From: an uncultured Chlamydiae bacterium | GTDB taxonomy: Bacteria; Chlamydiota; Chlamydiia; Chlamydiales; Parachlamydiaceae | Assembly: GCA_963754655.1 (NCBI GenBank) | Contig: CAVWGN010000001.1 | Span: forward strand, 1,792,001-1,856,000 | DNA length: 64,000 bases | Direction of reading: 5' to 3' | Shown here: positions 58,218 to 64,000 of the stretch, piece after piece | Position numbering within the stretch: position 1 is the stretch's first letter | Layout of the letters: each line of letters begins with the position of its first letter | Notes under the pieces: model-generated | What the model was told of the DNA's origin: nothing | The model's database searches: none | What the model saw: only the letters and a program-made list of their open reading frames with translations | Translations under genes and position numbers: made by a program

Positions 58218-59954
58218 ATGCAAATCACAAATAATTTACAAACATCACAACATATTTCAAAAGAAGCTTACCTAGATCTATTATTTCCTAATGAACTCTT
58301 AGGAATTATTTTTGATCAAGCTGTCAATCAAAACCAACCTTTACATGACATTTCTTCTCTTTTACTCACCTGTAAAAAATGGAAAAGCATTCTTGAAGAG
58401 AACCCTTGCATCGCATTAGTGCAGGCCCTTTTTCAACTTAAAGAGCATCATCAATCGACTATTACTTATCCTCAGGAGTATCTAACAAATGGACAAAAGA
58501 AGCATTTTACATCTCAAGAACTTAAACTTATCGATCGAGTCTACAGTGAAGAAAGGTTTAAAAATTTATTAATGGTCGACTCAAAATTATTTCATCCAAA
58601 AAGTTTGTTTCTTTCTCTTTTGAATCGCTATTCCTGGGATCCTGAAGTTTGCAAAAATAGCGCTAATGAAAACATCCAGCAGGTAGCTAAAGAGCAGTTA
58701 TTTATTTTAAACTCTCTTGTATCAGGTACGGATGCTCAACGATTAACCGTTATCGAAAATGACTTTATTGAAAAGCTTTACCCTAACGCTTTAGGTAAAA
58801 CATGGAAGCAGGTAGAAAAATCTGCCATCTCTACACTAAAAAAATTTTCTAATTTTCACGATAAAAAAATTTTTATTAAATTTGCTCGCTGTTTTGGATA
58901 TGCTGTTTTTGATATAGATGAAAACCTTAAAAAAGATCGAGTCGTTGTGTTGTCTGTCGTTCAGGAAGATGGCTCGGCTCTTCGATTTGCAGATGACAGC
59001 CTTAAAAAAGAGCGAGAGATTGTCTTGGCTGCCGTTAAGCAAAATGGCGAGGCTCTGCGATTTGCAGATGAAAGTATTAAAAAAGATCGAGAGATTGTCT
59101 TGGCTGCCATTAAGCAAGATGGCTGGGCCCTTGACTATGCAGATGAAAGCCTTAAAAAAGATCGAGAAATTGTCTTAACTGCTATTCAGCAAGATGGTGG
59201 AGCTCTTCAATTTGCCGATGAAAGCTTTAAAAAAGATCGAGAGATTGTCTTAGCTGCCGTTAAACAAGAAAGCTGGCCTCTTGCATATGCAAATGAAAGC
59301 CTTAAACAAGCAAATGTCTGGGGTCTTGCCTTTGCACATGAAAGCCTTAAAAAAGATCAAGCATTTGTATTGGCTACCGTTAAGCAAAATGGCCGGGCTC
59401 TTGAATATGCAAATGAAAGTCTTAAAAAAGATCGAGAAATTGTCATGGCCGCCGTTAAGCAAAATGGCTGGGCTCTTCAATTTGCAGATGAAAGTCTTAA
59501 AAAAGATCATCATATGTGGGCGCTTGCCTTTACACATGCGATCCTTAAAGGAAATCATCTGTTCGTCTGGACTGCCGTTAAACAAGATGGCTGGGCTCTT
59601 CAATATGCAGATGACAGCCTTAAAAAAGATCGAGAGATTGTCTTGGCTGCCGTTAAACAAAATATCTGGGCTCTTGTCTTTGCAGATGCAAGCCTTAAAA
59701 AAGATCAAGACTTTGTCTTGACTATCGTTAAGCAAAATATATGGGCTTTTGCCTTTATAGATGAAAGCCTTAAAAAAGATCGAGAGTTTATCTTAACTGT
59801 CGTTAAGCAAAATGGCTGGGCCCTTGCCTTTGCAGATGCAAGCCTTAAAAAAGATCGAGAAATTGTCTTGGCTGCCATTCAGCAAAATAGCGGAGCTATT
59901 GCCTTTGCAGATGAAAGTCTTGAAAAAGATCAAGAATTATCTTGGCAGCCTTGA
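58218..59954 (+). CDS. F-box-like / DUF4116-repeat protein, 578 aa
   Basis: LFPNELLGIIF...LLLTCKKWKSI; about 13 repeats, two of them shortened. Confidence 0.85.
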   Translation: MQITNNLQTSQHISKEAYLDLLFPNELLGIIFDQAVNQNQPLHDISSLLLTCKKWKSILEENPCIALVQALFQLKEHHQSTITYPQEYLTNGQKKHFTSQELKLIDRVYSEERFKNLLMVDSKLFHPKSLFLSLLNRYSWDPEVCKNSANENIQQVAKEQLFILNSLVSGTDAQRLTVIENDFIEKLYPNALGKTWKQVEKSAISTLKKFSNFHDKKIFIKFARCFGYAVFDIDENLKKDRVVVLSVVQEDGSALRFADDSLKKEREIVLAAVKQNGEALRFADESIKKDREIVLAAIKQDGWALDYADESLKKDREIVLTAIQQDGGALQFADESFKKDREIVLAAVKQESWPLAYANESLKQANVWGLAFAHESLKKDQAFVLATVKQNGRALEYANESLKKDREIVMAAVKQNGWALQFADESLKKDHHMWALAFTHAILKGNHLFVWTAVKQDGWALQYADDSLKKDREIVLAAVKQNIWALVFADASLKKDQDFVLTIVKQNIWAFAFIDESLKKDREFILTVVKQNGWALAFADASLKKDREIVLAAIQQNSGAIAFADESLEKDQELSWQP

Positions 59955-60020
59955 ATGCATTGAAAATACTGCGGATTTCTAAAAATATGAAGTTACGTTT
60001 GATGAAAACATGTTTGGGAT

Positions 60021-60345
60021 AGATGATTCTCTTGTAGTCCTTCAGACTACATGAGGAGGGACAATCTAACCCAGGGGCTAGGGTGTTCATTTTGTGCAAA
60101 AAATGAGCTTTATTTTTCACAATAATTGGCATAGTTGAATTGAAGGTCGCATGTTTATGCCGTCCTTTCAGGACTCGATGTCTTTTTGATAGAACCCAGG
60201 CCTCCGCTTCGCTGCGACCTGGGCTGTAACATGACGGCCCTTCATGCCTTAACAAGAGATGTTTAAGTCCCTCTTCTATAGTCCCTAAATCATCTTTTTG
60301 TTAAGGCCTGAAGGGCCGTCATGTTACAGCCCAGGTCGCAGCGAA
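60021..60345. repeat. Truncated nested palindrome (module F + module B)
   Basis: 60021-60077 matches 23665-23719. 60081-60345 matches 14735-14999 and breaks off at CGCAGCGAA in the right arm. Confidence 0.88.
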
Positions 60346-60432
60346 TTTGAGATCTCTACGATGCAAGCGTTTCGCTCAAACACATTTAATTTTGAGTTCC
60401 CTGCAGATAGAGACCGCTTTCATAAAATGATA

Positions 60433-61896
60433 TCAATCAACTCTTTTCTTGCTGTCATTAGTATTCTTTTTAGAAAAAAATGGCTTAGATGATTGAAAAT
60501 TGCTTTTTTTGAACGGTTTGGAAGAGCGATGCTTTCCTGTTTTCGATGGAGCATGAGACGTTTGTTTGAATTGATCTCCTCCTGGCTTGTGTTCTAAACC
60601 AATACGTTCGGGTCCTATGACAATTTGTTGACCAAGAAACATAGAAATGAGTTTAGAAACAACAGCTGTTGTATCCGTATCTTGCATAAGTTGTAAAAGA
60701 TGTTGGGTTTCTGCATGGATTTCTTGTTTCAATATCTGAGCAACTAAAACTTGTCTTTTAGATATTTTGACTTCGCTTAAAGTTGGAAGGCTCTTTTGTT
60801 GAATTTTAGTTCCTAAAACTTTTTCAAAGCGTTGAAAATCCCGCCATTCGCGTGTTGTCAAAAAAGTACTGGCAATTCCTTTATTCCCTGCTCGACCTGT
60901 CCTGCCAATACGATGAACGTACTGAGTAGGATCAAAAGGTAAATGATAGTTAAAAACATGCGACACATTAGAGACACTCAATCCTCTTGCAGCAACATCA
61001 GTTGCAACTAAAAGCTGTAGATGCTCTGACCGAAAACTTCGAATGACTTCTTCTCTTTGAGGCTGCTCCATATCTCCATGCAATCCTCTAGCCTGATATC
61101 CCGCATCTAGCAAAAATCGCGTTAAGCGGTCCACATCTCTTTTTGTGCGGCAAAAGATAATGGCTTTTTCAGGATTTTCATAATCAATAAGCCGAATCAC
61201 AGCGTAATCGCGCTCTTCTTCATGGATCATGTAATAAAATTGCTCAATATCTTGATTGACCTTTTCTTTTTGCTTAATACTCACAAACAAGGGATTGTTT
61301 AAAATCTTTTCTGCAAGTTTTTGAATGGGAAAAGGCATAGTGGCTGAAAATAAAAGCGTTTGACGCTTTTGCGGAAGAAATTTAAAAATATTTGTGATGT
61401 CTTCTAGAAATCCCATATCCAACATTTCATCAGCTTCATCCAAAACAACAATAGAAGGCTGAAACTGAGAGAGTCTTTGAGATGCCAGAAGATCTAATAA
61501 ACGCCCTGGAGTCGCAACAAGCACCCGAACTCCCTTTTGAAGAGACTCCATTTGCCCTTTAAAAGATTTTCCTCCGCAAATAATTGCTGTTTTAATTCCA
61601 AGATGTTGGCTAAAGCGATAAATTTCATCGCTGACTTGTTTTGCCAATTCTCGTGTAGGAACCATAATCAGCATTTGTGCTGTGGGATTTTCTTGAAGAA
61701 TGTGCAGAGCCGGCAAACCGAAAGCCCCTGTTTTTCCAGTTCCAGTCTGAGCCTGTCCAATCAAATCTCTTCCTGCCAAAATATCAGGAATGACTTCTTG
61801 TTGAATAGAGCTGGGAACTTTAAAGTTAGCCTCTTTCAAAGCTTGTAGAATTCCTTCATGTAAACCAAAGGAATCAAAGGTCAATTGTTCTTTCAT
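60433..61896 (-). CDS. DEAD-box RNA helicase
   Basis: AQTGTGKT, PTRELA, TPGR, LDEADEMLDMGF, FSAT, ARGL, HRIGRTGRAG; basic tail. Confidence 0.96.
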   Translation of the reverse strand: MKEQLTFDSFGLHEGILQALKEANFKVPSSIQQEVIPDILAGRDLIGQAQTGTGKTGAFGLPALHILQENPTAQMLIMVPTRELAKQVSDEIYRFSQHLGIKTAIICGGKSFKGQMESLQKGVRVLVATPGRLLDLLASQRLSQFQPSIVVLDEADEMLDMGFLEDITNIFKFLPQKRQTLLFSATMPFPIQKLAEKILNNPLFVSIKQKEKVNQDIEQFYYMIHEEERDYAVIRLIDYENPEKAIIFCRTKRDVDRLTRFLLDAGYQARGLHGDMEQPQREEVIRSFRSEHLQLLVATDVAARGLSVSNVSHVFNYHLPFDPTQYVHRIGRTGRAGNKGIASTFLTTREWRDFQRFEKVLGTKIQQKSLPTLSEVKISKRQVLVAQILKQEIHAETQHLLQLMQDTDTTAVVSKLISMFLGQQIVIGPERIGLEHKPGGDQFKQTSHAPSKTGKHRSSKPFKKSNFQSSKPFFSKKNTNDSKKRVD

Positions 61897-62274
61897 ATTT
61901 TTTTCTTTTGTTGTAATAACGTCGCTTGCCTATCAGCCAAACAAAAGAGGAAGAATAATGATTGATGAAGAGAAAGATGCACTAGCACAAGTGGAAAATA
62001 CAACTATACTTATCAACGTATTAGAGAATCATTGCCGAATTGACTTCGGAATTTTCTAGATCGCCTCTCGATCGTGGAAATAAGGCAACACAAATTATTG
62101 AATTAATAAAATTATAACAAATATTAGCTTTAAATTAAACAATTATTTAAAAAATGTAAAATTTAGGAGGTCATTTAGGAAGAATAGACTCAAATTTCTA
62201 AGGCCTTGCTTTAAGATCAAGTACTTAACTAGCCTTTATCAATTTGAGTCTATTCTTTCCCTTTTCCCAATGAC

Positions 62275-62565
62275 TTAACGGGAATGGGGAAGATGAAAGA
62301 TGTCGCGATCTTCATCACGATCAATTTCTTCTTCATCTTCAACTTCGCTATCATCAAAAGGAATCGCTAAGGTATTAGTAGAATCAATTTGATCTCTTTC
62401 TAATATATCATATTCATCATCTTCTTCAGTAGCAGTTGAAGTTGTATCTCTTGCAGTTGAATGAGCTGTCTGTTTACTCGCTGAATCATTAGAAGCTGCT
62501 TCTAATGAAAACGATAACATACTCAACATTAAACTCATTAACATGTAAATATTGACTTTTTTCAT
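62275..62565 (-). CDS. Small secreted acidic hypothetical protein
   Basis: AAGGAG RBS; signal peptide ending SLEA; D/E-rich body. Confidence 0.7.
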   Translation of the reverse strand: MKKVNIYMLMSLMLSMLSFSLEAASNDSASKQTAHSTARDTTSTATEEDDEYDILERDQIDSTNTLAIPFDDSEVEDEEEIDRDEDRDIFHLPHSR

Positions 62566-62675
62566 TGCAATACTCCTTTAAAAGTCTCTTGGTAAAGCAT
62601 ATAGCAAAAATCCAGTTGAAAAGTCAATAGGATTTTGGATAAGTCTCTAATTCATAAACTTACTAATGATTAAAC

Positions 62676-63419
62676 TTATTCAGCCGGTGGCAGTTTTTTT
62701 TGTTCAACATGTGCATTTAATTGACTCCAAGTAGGGTGTTGAACTAATAAGTGGAGCACATCCTTGAGACGAAATTGAGGATGAGAGGGATAAAGATTTT
62801 CTAAAATCAAGCGAATTAAAGCAAAATCTTCTGGAGTATCGACCGTCCAGCGATAATGAGCTAAAGAAGGAAGATGAGCGACGTTTTTCAACTGAAAACG
62901 CTCAGGATGACGATAAAGATAAACAGTGACATGTTCTCGCTCTTCAGGTCGAATGGCATGCTTGAAAGCTTGTTGAAGAGCATTGAAAGAAAAGACCTCG
63001 ACATCTAGACCGCGAGGAAAAGTTCTTTCTAAAGAATTCGAGACATAATCGATCTTAGGCAAACCTTCCCGGAAAGTTTTAACAACTTGATCCACAACAT
63101 CCGGGTCAATTAAAGGGCAATCGGAGGTAATGCGCACAATTCCCTCTGGCCGGCGTTCTAATGCTGCTTGATAATAACGATCTAAAACATCTTCTTCTGA
63201 ACCGCGAAAAAAAGAAATCTTTTTCTCTTGGCAAAATGTTACGATGGCATCATCAGCTGCCAAATTGCTTGTCAAGATGACAATATCATCGATTTCTTTA
63301 GAGGCCGACAGACGCTCGACAAGAAAATGCAAAAGAGGCTTCCCCAACACTTTTTTAAGCACTTTTCCGGGAAGACGTGTGGATCCCATCCTAGCTTGAA
63401 CATAGGCTTCAATGCGCAT
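62676..63419 (-). CDS. SpsF-type cytidylyltransferase (nonulosonic acid activation)
   Basis: VQARMGSTRLPGKVL, RGSEEDVLDRY, RITSDCPLIDP, REHVT, RWTVDTPED; start MRIEAY at 63419. Confidence 0.9.
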   Translation of the reverse strand: MRIEAYVQARMGSTRLPGKVLKKVLGKPLLHFLVERLSASKEIDDIVILTSNLAADDAIVTFCQEKKISFFRGSEEDVLDRYYQAALERRPEGIVRITSDCPLIDPDVVDQVVKTFREGLPKIDYVSNSLERTFPRGLDVEVFSFNALQQAFKHAIRPEEREHVTVYLYRHPERFQLKNVAHLPSLAHYRWTVDTPEDFALIRLILENLYPSHPQFRLKDVLHLLVQHPTWSQLNAHVEQKKLPPAE

Positions 63420-64000
63420 GATTTGCCTTAAATACTTCCCAGCTGACAGGGGTTCCCTTTTGTACACTTTGACTCAAAGTCAACCCTAAAAGATGAGGAA
63501 GCTCCTTAGGTGGAAGGCCTTTGCCCGGCCTTACCGTACGTACATGTTGAGGTTTAAGAATTGATCCCTTAGCCAAATCTTCAACAAAATAGAGAGAAGG
63601 GCGATGCGATAAAGTGACCTTTTCGGCATCGAGAGGAGCATAATGAATCTCACCTAGCGCCTCCCAAGCTTTTTTTGACTCTTGAACCAATGCTTGACAT
63701 TCGAGTGGTTCCATGGAAAAGGCACTGTCTACTCCCCCATCTTGACGTGATAGCGTAAAATGCTTTTCTATTAAGCAAGCTCCTAAAGCCACGCTCGCAA
63801 GAGCGACGCCGATTCCCAATGTGTGATCGGATAAACCCACAAGTGTATCGAAGCTAGCAGACAAATGAGGAATTGTACGCAGATGAATATCTTTAGGCTG
63901 AGAAGGATAAGCAGCGGTACATTTTAACAAGATCATCTGATCGCATCCCGCTTGTCTTGCAACAGCTACAGCCTCGCCTATTTCCATTAAAGTAGCGGCA
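63409..64000 (-). CDS. pseI: Pseudaminic/sialic acid synthase (PseI/NeuB family), partial
   Basis: LLKCTAAYP, GLSDHTLG, IEKHFTLSR, DSAFSMEP, C-terminal SAF domain VRPGKGLPP; 5' end outside the window. Confidence 0.85.
   Translation of the reverse strand, partial: AATLMEIGEAVAVARQAGCDQMILLKCTAAYPSQPKDIHLRTIPHLSASFDTLVGLSDHTLGIGVALASVALGACLIEKHFTLSRQDGGVDSAFSMEPLECQALVQESKKAWEALGEIHYAPLDAEKVTLSHRPSLYFVEDLAKGSILKPQHVRTVRPGKGLPPKELPHLLGLTLSQSVQKGTPVSWEVFKANHAH

Overview
AT-rich chromosomal window from an environmental chlamydia (Parachlamydiaceae-like). The 16S gene carries the Chlamydiae signatures AGAATTTGATCTTGGTTCAG and CGGCGTGGATGAGGCAT. Contents: (i) seven paralogues of an F-box-like + DUF4116-repeat effector family, five in a tandem array at 1-9.3 kb and partly decaying; (ii) a complete minus-strand rRNA operon (16S-tRNA-Ala-tRNA-Ile-23S-5S); (iii) housekeeping and metabolic genes (frameshifted ABC-F, HI0933 flavoprotein, msrAB, treY/treT, hemH, DEAD-box helicase, pseI/spsF, DUF917 + hydantoinase); (iv) secreted or surface proteins (GH81 glucanase, IPT/TIG protein, fasciclin, two prion-like low-complexity proteins, a signal-peptide RelA/SpoT-like nucleotidyltransferase); (v) three IS elements. 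The most unusual signals are seven long (0.3-2.1 kb), modular, nested palindromic elements built from shared REP-like hairpin modules and hit by all three IS copies; a cobalamin riboswitch upstream of a membrane AAA+ gene and hemH; and an apparently exported RelA/SpoT-type synthetase. All protein calls rest on motif recognition by eye; no database searches were run.
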